A stretch of 64,000 nt of DNA from NCBI RefSeq assembly GCF_009914755.1, contig NC_060927.1. One strand, 5' to 3'. The position numbers and the translations under genes were made by a program. Positions 38,935 to 58,924 of this stretch are shown one piece after another (the stretch's first letter is position 1; each line of letters opens with the position of its first letter). The notes under the pieces were generated by a model that worked only from the letters and a program-made list of their open reading frames with translations, was not told the origin of the DNA and did no database searches. This DNA comes from the human T2T-CHM13v2.0 reference genome, Homo sapiens.

Positions 38935-39956
38935 TTAAAAAATTGTAAGATTAATATGTATTATACAAACATAAAAGCAACTGAGGTAGCAAGAACATTG
39001 AGTTTGACTGTATCCACCACTTCTGAGAGAAACTCCATCCCACCTCCATCCCCCATGGTGAGGGCCTGCAGGGTGACCCATCTTGCTGGCCAACCCTGTC
39101 CCTAAGAGCTGAAGGGCAACAGGACCCTCCAGTTGTTTTCCCCCTTTACTGGTTCTCAGTAGCAGGGTGGAGAGGTGTGGGGTGTGGCACACACTGGTGT
39201 GGACTAAAAATAACACTGACATTTTTCAGTAATACATTCATTTTCTAGATTAAAACAGATTCAAGTTCATACCTAAAATAGCATCACTCTTGAAAACCAA
39301 TATGCTTTCTTGAAGAACTACAATGGGGCCCCTAAATTGCATAGACCTGGGCTTGCCACATGACTGACTGTGTCACTAAGCAGGTGAGTGTCCTCCTTTG
39401 TTTTTGCTGTCCAGAGGGCCCTCTTTCTCTCCTCTGTCCCTAGCCCTAGAGAATGGCCTTCACATTCTGCCTTAATTGATCCAGGGTGGGACCCAGGCAT
39501 CAGTATTGTGTTAAAACTCCTTAGGTGATTCTAAAGCACAATCAAGGTTGAGAACCCCTTGTCTATACCATGCCCTGTTGTTAACTTGGATTTTTCCTTT
39601 TGGAAAAAAAATAGAAAATCCTCATGACCATCCAGTTTCAAAGTCCTAACCACCTAGAATATCTGTACTAATCCCTAGCGAATATCCAAGCAGCCTCCAC
39701 AATATCTATTACCTCACTCCACCTGCTGTACGTGCACACAAGAGCCAGAATGTGGAGTGAGGGCATTTACATAGACATGAGTCTGTGAAAAAGTTCACTT
39801 GTCAGGAGAGTCTCTGGGCTCATTGTGGACCCTCTCCCAGCAGAGAGGTTGTAAGCACAGAAAGGGTATTCCTGTCCCCACAGGAGCAGGCTACGTAGAG
39901 TGACTGTACCCTGGGTAAGCTTGGAAACTCTTCTGTAACCTTCTTTTCCATGCTAG

Positions 39957-40219
<263 letters not shown>

Positions 40220-40874
40220 TAGTAGAGATGAGATATCACCATGTTGGCCAGGCTGGTCTCAAACTCCTGACCTTGTGATTCGCCCACCTCAGCCTCCCAA
40301 AGTGCTGGGATTACAGGCGTGAGCTACCATGCCCAGTCTACATTGCTTTCTAACACTGTTTATTAGTAGGAGACTAGAGTAGTTCAAAGAACAAATTGGC
40401 TAGAAAAAGCTGACTAGAAAAAAAAAGTCTATTTTTAAAATTTTTTTCTTTTTAAGAAATTTTTTTTTAAATTTTAACCTTTTATTTATTTATTTTTGGA
40501 GACAGGGTCTTGCTCTGTGACCCAGGCTGGAGTGCAGTGGCATGATCTCAGTTGACTGCAGCCTCAACCTCCTGGGCTCAAGTGATCCTCCCACCTAAGC
40601 CTCCTCTCGAGTAGCTGGGACTACAGGCACGCACCACCACACCCGGCTACTTTTTGTATTTTTGTAGAGACAGGGATTCACCATTTTGCCCAGGCTGGTC
40701 TCAAACTCTTGACCTCAAGTGATCCAGCTGCTTCAACCTCCCAAAGTGCTGGGATTACAGGCATGAGCCACTGTGCCCAGCAGAAAAACAAGTTTTTAAT
40801 ACAATTATGGGGCCAGTTTTTACATGATAAAGTGGTTCTGGGATTCATACCAAAAATTAGTTCTTTGTGAATCA

Positions 40875-41174
<300 letters not shown>

Positions 41175-42071
41175 TCAGTGTATTTTATTTCATTTAATCT
41201 TTATAAAATCCCATAGATAAGAATTCATGCTGGCAAGTGGGAGGAGAAAAGATGAAATCAAATTAAGGTTGTGGCAAGAATTAGAGCAAATATGCTTTGG
41301 TGAAAGACCCAGGGCCAGGTGCAGTGGCTCACGCCTGTAATCCCAGCACTTTAGGAGGCCGAAGCAGGTGGATTGCCTGAGGTCAGGAGTTCGAAACCAG
41401 CCTGGCCAACATGGGGAAACCCCGTCTCTACTAAAAATACAAAAATTCGCTGGGCGTGGTGGTGGGCACCTGTAGTCCCAACTACTCAGGAGGCTAAGGC
41501 AGGGAGAATCGCTTGAACCTGGGAGGCGGAGGTTGCAGTGAGCCGAGATTGTGCCATTGCACTCCAGCCTGGGCAACAGAGTGACACTCCATCTCAAAAA
41601 AAAAAAAAAAAAAAAAAAAAAAGACCTTGATTGCTCACGTAGCAATCGAGGTATCTTTCACTGTCATCCAATGCTTGATCCATAGATTGCCTGCATCAAA
41701 ATCGTGCTTATTAAAATACAGAGTTCAGGTCCACCCTCAAATATTTCTAATTCAGAGGAGGCGCAGGCATCAGTATTTTAACAAACACTGTCCCCTGTCT
41801 TCCATGCGGTCCTGAAGCATGTAAGTTTGAAAGCCCCTGGTCTAACATTGCAGGGCTACTTCAGACTACAAAGTTGCTGTGTCTGCTCATCAAGCTGACA
41901 TGGTGAGGGTGCTTGGGTCCAAGGCCAACTTTCCCCAGGTCATGGAGAATCAGAAGGAATTACCAAAATCGTTATCATAAAAGTAAATTGCTGGCTGGGC
42001 ATGGTGGCTCACGCCTATAATCCCAGCACTTTGGGAGGCTGAGATGGGTGGATCATGAGGTCAGGAGTTCA

Positions 42072-42309
<238 letters not shown>

Positions 42310-42607
42310 CTAATTCCTCTTCATTCTGCCTTTTCATATAATATATTTACTTAGAGAAAGGTTGAAAAATGCAAACAACTAGCTTCAGTCATGGAGCTCT
42401 CTCACTCCCCTGCCACATTTATTATGGGAATTTTCAAACCAGGCACAAAAATCGAGAGAAGGATACAAAGAACCCTCATGCCCATATCATCCCCGCTCCA
42501 GTAATTGAGTAATTATCAAAATTCTCCCATTCTTATTTCACTTACTCTCCAGCATTGTGGCATTTAAAAACCAATCTTTCACTGTTAAATATCACTATTA
42601 GATCTAA

Positions 42608-42841
<234 letters not shown>

Positions 42842-43819
42842 TGAACTCCTGACCTCAGGTGATCTGCCCACCTCAGCCTCCTAAAGTGCTGGGATTTCAG
42901 GCATGAGCCACCATACCCGACTGAGTACTAGCTTCTATCTTGAATAGAATAACTTTGACTCTGCTTTTCTCAATGTATGGACTTTACCTATTTAGTTCAC
43001 CATGGTAGTTGAACTATTATGCTGTTCTGAACTGTTATACTATACTGAACTGTTCTCCTTTAGTTCCAGATCATAACACAGTGCCAGACACATGGCAAAT
43101 TAATAGGTATTTGTTGGATGAATGAATAAATGCAACCTCTAGTGGGTTCCGCTGTTTGCTGAAACCCCTCTGCTTTATTTCTGCTCGAGGGTTTAACTGG
43201 AAGTCTGGTTCTTATGAGCTTCCTCGGTCTGGTACTGTTCAGTGCCAGTAATCCCAACAACTGCCAAAAACTCAAGAGCAAGAGTCATTCAGATTCCTGC
43301 CACATTTTTCATTCATGTCAAAGGCAACGGGGCCTGGCACTGCACAGAAACCAGGCAGGCAATCAAGAGAGACATGGCGGACACCTGCCAGATGTTGAGG
43401 GTCATTGGAAAATACAACTGCTCAGTAGTTCCAAAATGCTAGTAAGTTCCAAAAAGTCCAGTAGTTCCATTTCTGGACTAGTGCTGGTTTATGACAATGT
43501 GTTCACGAGTCTGTAGTAGAGTATGGGAACCACACAGATGAGACAGTGACTATTTCATTAAGCTAACTGCAATTAATGTAAAGTTCTGCATGCTCTGGAT
43601 TTATATCCTTTCTTTTGTTGGGTGTATGTGTTAAAATGCCCTTTATTTTATGGAAATAGATGTATTTTTGTGGTTTAGGATTTTTTCCTAACTCAGCAAA
43701 TTAAGTATCCCAAAGTTGTTTTCAAATATTTTAAAACCAGTAATGTATATATTGTACTTATAACTGCTGAAATAGAACAATCAGAAACACTATCGACAGC
43801 CAGGAATGGTTGTTTGTGC

Positions 43820-44120
43820 TGGGCCCCTGTTGACTTCAGTAAGGATGACACCAGGTTCAAAAGGCTAAAGAAGATACCTAGAGCCAGTGAACAAGACCTA
43901 CAGCTTATTGGAGGAACTTACATACAGGGACCGTCCAGTGACAACAAGCCGGACATAAGAACTGCAACCACTTGTAAAAAGCATGCAGTTGTTACAGCAT
44001 CTTCACTTAGCACCCTCACCCTACCCAGCAACCTCCACATGGCAACCCTCATTACTGAAGTGTTGTTGTCAGCTGTGTCTGCCGTAAGGGTCATTCTCAG
44101 GGTATGCTGACGTTATTGCT
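43820..44120. mobile_element. Probable ERV LTR fragment (LTR47-like)
   Basis: aacttacatacaggg...aaaaagcatgcagt...ttcacttagcaccctc resembles an LTR consensus from memory; needs RepeatMasker. Confidence 0.4.
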
Positions 44121-44180
44121 GTCAGGTGTAGCTCACACCTGTAATCCTAACACTTTGGGAGGCCAAGGCAGGAGGATCGC

Positions 44181-44406
44181 AAAGAAAGAAGAGAAAGGAA
44201 GGAAGGAAGGAAGAAGGAAAGGGAAGGGAAAGGAAAGAAGGAAGGAAGGAAAAGGAAGGAAGGAGGGAAGAAAGGAAGGGAAAGGAAGGAAGGAAGAGAG
44301 GAAGAAAGGAAGGAAGGGAATGAGGGAAGGAAGGAAGCAAGGAGAGAGAAAAAAGAAGGAAGGGAGGGAGAGAGAAAGAAAGAAGGAAAAGAAAGAGAGA
44401 AAGAAA

Positions 44407-44437
<31 letters not shown>
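44181..44437 (+). repeat. Polypurine (GGAA/GAAA)n low-complexity tract
   Basis: About 255 bp almost entirely A/G. Confidence 0.9.
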
Positions 44438-45325
44438 GTGGCCGTCATATTCTGTCAGTCAGCTCACTTTTATGTTGCCCTCTAACTCCCCATTTATGTT
44501 TTAGAGTTTTTTCTCATTGTAAAAGTAATATAAAATTATTTGAAAAACACAAAATGATAGGAAATAGTGATGCAAAAACACCTAAAAATCTGATATCAAC
44601 AGATTGCCAGTAATAATTACTTGGAGCATTTACTTTTAGTCTTTTTATCTATATTTACATCTGTACAAATACAGATTCAAAAAATAAATTGGCATCATAT
44701 TATATAGTTTTGTCTTTTCACTTATCACACTAAGAATTTTTATTACTCTCTGAAAATGTGACTTTTAAGAATTACATTTTTTGTGAGCATACCATAATTC
44801 ATTTAATACTTTTTGTAAGCTGGCCATTTAAATTATTTCAAAAGCTCTAATTATTATAAATAATGTATGTTGAACATCTTTGCACTCTAATTCTTGTCTG
44901 CATTTTCCATTATTTCTCTAGGAGCAATTTCCAGGTGTGGAATTTCTAGATCAAAGACATACCTTTTCAAGAGAGAGAAATAATTCATAATAGCTTTCAA
45001 ACATGTGGCTATAGTTTTAAAAGTAGTATATTTGAGTTATAATTTATAATTTATATTTATACTACCTGTATCTTCTCAGGAAGTTTGTTTTCTATTAAAA
45101 ATTACTGCACGTAGAATAATGTCAGATTTTAAAGATATGCCTTTTTCTTTTCTTTTTTGAGACAGGTCTCACTCTGTTGCCTAGGTTAGAGTGCAGTGGC
45201 ATGATCACGGCTCACTGCAACCTCTACTTCCCAGGCTCAAGCAATCCTCCCACCTCAGCCTTCTGAGTAGCTGAGCCCACAAGCATGCCACAACACCCAG
45301 CTAATTTTGTTTTTATTTTTTGTAG

Positions 45326-46051
<726 letters not shown>

Positions 46052-46167
46052 TAGTTAGAAGGCAATGATTTCCAACTAGGTTAACTGTGAAGATGGTAAG
46101 GAATTTACTTCCAATATTTCTAACAACCCTAGGGAGTTTAGTCACTCATCCACTGCAAAGCTAATAA

Positions 46168-46404
<237 letters not shown>

Positions 46405-47217
46405 TAAACTCCTGACCTCGCGATCTGCCCGCCTCGGCCTCCCAAAGCGCTGGTATTACAGGCATGAGCCATTGCGCCTGGCCCCATTTCTTCCTTATGT
46501 TTTGCTGCAACCCTTTAATTGCCTGGTGCTTCTGAGCCTCTATTTGCATTTGTATAACTAATAAATAGGATACAGGAAAAAATGAATGTTTACTTAGTAG
46601 ATAAAATCTTTAAACATTTGAGAGCTAGGATGGTAAAAAGATTGGAACTACTTCTAGAAAATGAGGACCTAGAAATGTATATATAGGTCGGGTGCAGTGG
46701 CTCACCCCTATAATCCCAGCATTTTGGGAGGCTGAGGTGGGAGAATCGAGGCCAGCCTGGGCAAAATGGCGAAACCCCGTCTCTACAAAATATACAAAAA
46801 TTAGCCAGGCATTGTGGTGTGTGCCTGTAGTCCCAGCTACTCAAGGGGTTGAGGTGGGAGGATCACTCGAGCTAGGAGGAGGAGGGTGCCGTGAGCCAAA
46901 AGCGCGACTGCATTCCAGCCTGGGTGACAGAGACAGACCCTGTCTTAAAAAATAATAATAATAAACATTTTTAAAAGTATATATAGATTTAATAACTGTT
47001 TACTGTCTTTATTAAACCCCCAATCAGTAAAGTGCTTGATTTAATATAAATTAATTTAATGTAGGTGTACATACATATGCACATGTATATACATAATGCA
47101 TCATAGTAATAATAATAATAGTTATTATATATTGAAAACCCACATGTGTCTCTGGGCATGGTACTAGGTGTTTCACAATGCAAAGTGGCCACTGGTAAAT
47201 TCAGATGAAACAACTTA

Positions 47218-47385
<168 letters not shown>

Positions 47386-47960
47386 CTAACATGACATCAT
47401 TAGAAAGGGCAAAACCTGGGATCTGAAGCTACATCTGTCTGATGGCAAAACTATACCCTTTCCTTCAAAATTCACTTCCCAAAAATAAATTGCTCTATCC
47501 TACTCCACCAAGCATTAAAATGTACTTTGCAAACTTCATAGTAAGAATGCCACTGTTTCACAAAGAGACAATTTCTTTCAAGGCAAATAATTGTTGGACA
47601 CCACACCAGAATGCCGATGAGAGATGGCAAGGGTTTTTTTAGGTGGTTGTATCATGAAGAGAATGTCCGATTAAATGACCACTCTGCTGTTTCCTCAATC
47701 CTCCCCAAGTTCCTACTCCAGCTCTTCTCCCAGACATCTGGATATAGGTACCCATCCTTGAGTATCACCCAACCCCACATGACACGTATCCAATCCCAGA
47801 CACAAAAACAGCACCGTGAAAGACAGAAATGGGCCAGCCACAGTGGCTCAAGCCTGTAATCCCAGCACTTTGGGAGGCTGAAGTGGGAGGATCGATTGAT
47901 CAGCCTGGACAACATAGCGAGACCCCCATCTCTACAAAAAGAAGATAAATTTAAAAATTA

Positions 47961-48498
<538 letters not shown>

Positions 48499-48670
48499 TC
48501 AGAGTGACTCTGTGTGGAGAGATTTAACACCTGCAGCTCAAGAAAATAAAAAGAACCAACAACACTAAGAAATCATGCATGCAAACCCAGTTGCACATAG
48601 GAAAACACTTATCTTCATGTTGAAAAAATTAGCCTGTCCTTCATTGAGCATGATGATTCCTTTAAAAATA

Positions 48671-48975
<305 letters not shown>

Positions 48976-49170
48976 ATGAAGAGACCGTGGGATAATCATC
49001 CACGCTCTAGCACAAGGTCCTGGGTGCCTACATTAAACCAGCTTCCCTTCAATATTTCGGTGGATTTGGAACCCTGCCTGGAAAAAAAAGTTAGAATCTA
49101 GAGGAACCTGATCTGCTCCTACATGATTATCTCTCCCCAGGGGACACTCTTTAGGAGCCTGGCGGTGTCA

Positions 49171-49488
<318 letters not shown>

Positions 49489-49654
49489 TTACCCTGGCTG
49501 TGCCCCTGAGAATGGCATCCAGACTCCATCAGGGGCATGTGTCATGCAGAGCTCAACAGTAGGGAACGTACACGTGTATGAGGTTCAAGGGGTGGGGATA
49601 AACGGGCGGTCCCCAGGAAAAAAGCACCAAAGGGCACATTAAAGAGAAAAGAGC

Positions 49655-49929
49655 AGCCTGGGCGCAGTGGCTCACACCTGTAATCCCAGCACTTTGGGAG
49701 GCCGAGGCAGGCAGATCATGAGGTCAAGAGATCAAGACCATCCTGGCCAACATGGTGAAATCCCGTCTCTACAAAAATACAAAAAAATTAGCTGGACGTG
49801 GTGGTGTGTGCCTGTAGTCCTAGCTACTCGGGAGGCTGAGGCAGGAGGATCGCTTGAACCCGGGAGGCAGAGGTTACAGTGAGCCAAGATCATTCCAGCC
49901 TGGCGGCAGAGCAAGGCTCTGTCTCGAAG

Positions 49930-49930
<1 letters not shown>
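49655..49930 (+). mobile_element. AluS(c), 5' (gene-wise) of LIPH exon 4
   Basis: Same orientation as the 48671 Alu; tail decays into (GA)n/(GAAA)n. Confidence 0.9.
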
Positions 49931-49960
<30 letters not shown>

Positions 49961-50035
49961 AAGAAAAAAAGAAAGAAAGCAAGCAGATGCTATACTCATC
50001 TTTATCCCACTTTAGATGAGGAAGAAAGAAAGAAA

Positions 50036-50087
<52 letters not shown>

Positions 50088-50673
50088 CGCTATACTCATC
50101 TTTATCCCACTTTAGATGACCGAGAAACCTCACTCAGCCCTTCCTTTTTGTTGTTAATAAATAAAGAACTTCCACTCTTATTCATATATGCTAGCCCATT
50201 TGATCCATGTTGCAAACCTGTAAGGGAGGCAGGGTAGCTATTATTATTTTCCAGATGAATGAACTGTGATTCAGGAAGATCAAGAGCCTTGATCAGAACA
50301 CAGCCTCTTAATGCAACCACTTCTATCTGTTGAACTCTTGGTTTCACTGCCCTGAGTTTAGCAAGCTCGGCAGGAGAGGGCGAAACTCACTGGTCAGGCC
50401 AGGTATCAGGCTAGGTATTGAAGAGGGAAACCAAGTGGGTGTCAATCCCTGCAGAATTAACCCGCTCTATAAATGCCTAAACCGGTTTCTCACCCTTGGT
50501 CAATGTTATTTGGGTGTTCCTCACTATCACTACGAAGCAGCTGGAAAAACAGGAGAGAAGCTCCTATGATGTTGTAACCACAAAATAAAGATTAAACAAC
50601 AACAAGAAAAAGCTGGGTGTGGTGGCTGACCACTGTAATCCCAGCACTTTGGGAGGCCGAGGTGGGCGGATCA

Positions 50674-50991
<318 letters not shown>

Positions 50992-51538
50992 TTACCAGAT
51001 CCCTACCTGGAGTGAAGAAGGCTTCAAGGGAAGTCTCCCTTGAAGTTTTTGTCTATGAATGTCATTTTATATCTCCTATCCCCTGGTGTTACATATAAAA
51101 TGCAAGAGTGTCTTTGCCTTTATTTCCTAAGTTCTAGCCTTTTTCTTTTTCTTTTTTTTTTTTTAATTTGTGGGGGTAGGGGAGGAGAGCCGGTTGTAGG
51201 GGCACTTGCTATGTTGCCCAGGCTGGTCTCAAACTCCTGGACTCAAGCAGTCCTCCCGCCTCAGTTTCCCAAAAGGCCAGGATTACAGGTGTGAGCCACC
51301 ACACCTAGCCTACCTGGTTCTAGCTTTAATCCCTCCATTTCAGCTGGTCGCAGTGGCTTACATCTATAATCCTAGAGTTTGGGAGGCCAGGGCGGGAGGA
51401 TTGCTTGAGACCAGGAGTTCGAGACCAGCCTGGGCAACATACGGAGACCCTGTCTCTACAAAAAAATTAAAAATTTGTTGAGTGTGGTGGCTCATGCTTG
51501 TAATCTTAGCTACTCCGGAGACTGAGACAGAAGGATCA

Positions 51539-52165
<627 letters not shown>

Positions 52166-52234
52166 CTATACTCCAGCCTGGGCGACAGAGTGAGACTCGG
52201 TCTCAAATAATAATAATAATAATAAATTAATTTA

Positions 52235-52447
<213 letters not shown>

Positions 52448-53617
52448 CTAGATTCATGATGAATAAAACATCTGAACCAGGGCAATTTTCAGAGTGATAA
52501 GGATGCTATTAATAAGCCTGGGAGTTTGAGGCTGCAGTGAGTTGTGATTGCACCACTGCATTCCAGCCTGGGTAACAAAGTAAGACCCTGTCTCAAAAAT
52601 AAATAAATAAATAAAATTAATGGTGAGAGCCTCAGTTTATAGCAACCTCCAGATTCATGATGAATAAAACATCTGAAGCAGGACAGTTTTCAGAGTGATA
52701 ACGGTGCTCTTAATAATTACACCAAGACAAAGGTATAAACTGAGACTGTCACAGGCAGGCTTGGACTTGGGATTTCCTTAGTGATAAGCCATAGCAAATG
52801 ATTAGCTTCCAGTGTCAGAAAAAAATTATAGTAAAAGCTGCATACTACGTGTGAGCAGATAGATACGGAGCCCCAAACCTAGCGCTAACCAGCTGTGTGC
52901 CCTTAGGCAGGTTACTTAACTTCTCTGAATCTCAGTTCCTTTAATTTATAAAATGGAGGTAGAATTAATAGCTACTTCAGAAGACTCATAAGTTCAGGTG
53001 CGGTGGCTCATGTCTGTAATCCCAGCACTTTGGGAGGCTGAAGCAGGCAGATCGCTTGAACACAGGAGTTCAAGACCAGCCTGGGCAACATGGCGAAACT
53101 CCATCTCTAGAAAAATTCAAAAATTAGCCAGGCATGGTGGTGCACGCCGGTAGTCCCAGCTGCTTGAGAGGCTGAGATGGGAGCCTCAGAGGTGATCACC
53201 TGAGCCCAGGGAGCATCAGGCTGCAGTGAGCCATGATCATGCCACTACACTCCAGCCTGGGCGACAGAGTAAGACTCTGTCTCAAAAAAAAAAAAAAAAA
53301 GAAGAAGACTTATAAAAGGACTCCTAAGGCCAGCTGGTGGCTCACACCTGTAATCCCAGCACTATGGGGGACCACCGCAGGAGGATTGCTTGAGCCCAGG
53401 AGTCCAAGGCCAACCTGGGCAACAACATGAGATCCCATCACTAAATTAAAAAAATTAAAATAAATAGATGGCTCCTGAATCTAAATCCAGAACATTCTGA
53501 GATTATTGTGGAATACAAACAGAATGTAAAAAGTGAGATTTCCTTTTTTGTTGTTTTGTTTTGGTTTTTGTTTACTGTTTTTTTGAGACAGGATCTCACT
53601 CTGTCACCCAGGCTTGA

Positions 53618-53806
<189 letters not shown>

Positions 53807-54239
53807 TAACTGGTTTGAGAATTTGATGAAAATTCTGGACCCCTCCCCAGGACAGACACCCAACATTTTGCATGCAACTTCACGGCCTCTTACTTCCATA
53901 CCCGAGATCAACATAAACTCTTGAAGGAAGTGCTGTCCAACAGAAATACAACATGAGGCCGGGCACAGTGGCTCATACCTGTAATCCCAGCACTTTGGGA
54001 GGCTGAAGTGAGAGGATTGCTTGAGCCCAGGAGTTCAAGACCAGCCTGGGCAACATGGTAAGACTCCATCTCTACAAAAAAATTAAAAATTAAGCAGGTG
54101 TGGTGGCACACACCTGTAGTCCCAGCTACTTGAGAGGCTGAGTGGAGGACTGCTTGTGCCTGGGGGGGGGTTGAGGCTGCAGTGAGCTGCATGCCAGCCT
54201 GGGCAACACAGCGAGACCCTGTCAAAAAAAAAAAGGCTA

Positions 54240-54612
<373 letters not shown>

Positions 54613-55286
54613 TCATTTACCTCTCCCCTTTTTCCATCCACTTCTACCTTTTCAGTTTCCATAGATTTAAAATAGCCATCTAGGTATGAGGATGGATTCT
54701 GGGAAAGGAGAAATGGGAGAGGCTTTGAGACTCTGAAAGAGAGAGCCGCTGTGGAAAGCTACTAAGCCCTAGGCAGGAGATTCCAGCAAAGGAGTCTTTG
54801 TTTGGGATCTGACCTACTGCATTTCTGAAGGTTTTCATTCAGTGTTGGCCCGAAAGCTGATATTTAGAGAATAAGCCCCAGCCATCAAAATTCCCATCTC
54901 GTTTTCTTATGAGACTCCAGCTGTGCCTGGGGACTGAAGTGTATTAGGTTTATAGTTCAGGGTCTCCTGGATTAAATAAAAGGAAGAGGACTAACTGTTT
55001 GCGGCACACAGATTTGAATGGGACATAGCTGTTTTTCCAGCCATAATAGAAATAAAGTCACTACTCATCTTTTCTATAGTATACACAATTTACAAAATGC
55101 TTTACTTATGTTTTATTACATAATAGCCTGAGGTCAATATTATTTTGATCTTCCTTTTGCATGCAATGACCCACACTCAGAGAGGTTAGGTAATTGGAGC
55201 TGGCTTTGAACCCAAGGAGTTGGATTGGCCTACATAATACTCCCCCAGTGAACACCCTGCCCAGGCTACCAACCCATGCCCATTCA

Positions 55287-55454
<168 letters not shown>

Positions 55455-55865
55455 TTAACATTTGTAGAAATTTCCTGGCTGTTGACTTTGGAGAAGTAAT
55501 TCTAAGCACCTTACATCTATTATCTCATTTAAAAGTCACAACATCCATGCAAAGTAAATACTATTCTTTTGATTATGCAGATGAGGAAACTGAGGCCCTA
55601 AGCTGAAGTCATCTGCCCCAGATCAGGCAGCTGGGGAGAGAGCAGAGCAGGATTCAAAATAGTCTGTCTGCTGGGCACAGTGGCCCACGCTTGTAATCCC
55701 AGCCCCGTGGGAGGCCGAGGCGGGCAGATCACCTGAGGTCGGGAGTTCGAGGCCAGCCTGACCAACATGGAGAAACCCCGTCTTTACTAAAAATACAAAA
55801 TTAGCCGGGCGCAGTGGCTCACGCCTGTAATCCCAGCACTTTGGAAGGCCAAGGCAGGTGGATCA

Positions 55866-56117
<252 letters not shown>

Positions 56118-56476
56118 TTAAACCAAGAAATCCTAGACAGAACCTCTCCTACCTGTAAGACACCTTTATTGTGAGCTAGAAAAAAATGCCCCTTCCTCAA
56201 GACACTTTGTCATCATCTGGTGGAAATTTATCATAATAAATATATAAATCTATAATGTCACAATGACAAGGGTGCTCCCTCAGATGGGTGCCCTGTGCAG
56301 TGCACAGCCTAACAAACATACCTATGGACATTTTGCACAGCCCCTCATCCCACCTTCCCTGGGGCTTATTCACATTTGCAAAATGTTGCAATATAGGCCT
56401 CCTGCTCACTGTAGCTATCTCTTGGCTTTAAGCCCTCAGATAATGGGCCAGTTTCAACTTAGCTCTGAATCATCTA

Positions 56477-56872
<396 letters not shown>

Positions 56873-57276
56873 TTAGATGGCATCACGACAGGTCTTTCCT
56901 TAGCTGGGCATCAAGCAAGAGTGCTGTTCTATATTTGTAGGAGTTCTTCTTATGTTCCTGATAGGACCTGGCTAAGGGCTGGATCCAGTTGAATGAAGTT
57001 GCAAAATCATATATACATACTTTGAGACAGGGTCTCACTCTCACCCAAGCTGGAGTGCAGTGGCGCAATATCAGCTCACTATAACTTCCACCTCCCAGGC
57101 TCAAGCAATTCTCCCTCCTCAGCCTCCTTGAGTAGCTGGGACTACAGGTGCATGCCATCATGCCCGCTAATTTGTGTATTTTTTGATAGAGATGGGGTTT
57201 CACCATGTTGGCCAGGCTGATCTCAAACTCTTTTGACCTCAAGTGATCCACTCACCTTGGCCTCCCAAAGTGGTAG

Positions 57277-57561
<285 letters not shown>

Positions 57562-58579
57562 TAGGGTGATCTGCCCACCTCGGCCTCCCAAGGTGCTGGG
57601 ATTACAGGCATGAGCCACCGTGCCCGGCCAACAAAATCATATTTGATCCAGAGCTTGTAAGTAGTGACCTCTTGCTTCAGCAGAAAGCCATTCTTCCAAA
57701 TCTTATCCTCCTTCAAGATTTAACTCAAAAGCCACCTTAATGAAGCCTTCTCTGACCCTCCCAGCTATAAGTACTATCCTTTACCCTGGAACTCCCAAAA
57801 CTCCCTTTATGCACCTTGTTGACGACACAATGAAAACCCACTTTCAGGCACACATTATAGATATCTATGTACATATGTGTCTATCCTGCTAGAACACAAT
57901 CTCTTTGAAATGGCAGCTCATTACTTGTATATCCCTCACAGTGCCCAGCACATGGTAGAGGACTCAATAACATGTGGAACAGCAAGTCATCCCCAGCTCC
58001 AAGTGGGAGATGATGAGTATCTTCTGTAAGATACTCAGAAGAGGCAAGGCACTACCGATGGCCATTCTTGGTGGACAAGAGCAGAAAGGGAAGGCTGTTA
58101 ACATGCAGTGGGCCAACAGAAGACAAGAGTGCCCTGGGAAACATCTGTCTGACTTCCTCCAATAGGAATTCAGGAAGCATTTGCTCTGGGTCCCTGTTCT
58201 CAATGAATCTTCATTTGCACATCCAGGAAGTATTCTTCATTCTAAGCCTCAGAGTAGCCTTCATCTTGGGGTCCCTGCCCATCTTTAATAACCTGAGTCT
58301 GTTCAGTTATGCATTTATTGAAACTTTTCAAAAAGGCTCTGGTACTCAGGAGTGAGTGAAGTTTCATAATAGAATCAGCACAAAACCAACCCCCCCAAAT
58401 AAATAAATATGTAAATAAATAAATAAATAAAAATTAAATGAACTTAAAGGAAATTTACACGTGGCTAGATGTTACTTGTTGGTTACACTTAAATTCATGG
58501 TTTTTATCGTTACTTAACAATTAGTGAAATTTGTTCCCAGAAAACACCGTCTGTAGGATTTCTGCTTTCATGAAGTTAA

Positions 58580-58924
<345 letters not shown>

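Noticed and set aside
44104-44613. 169-aa K/E/R-rich ORF
   Set aside because: Translation of the GGAA/GAAA tract.
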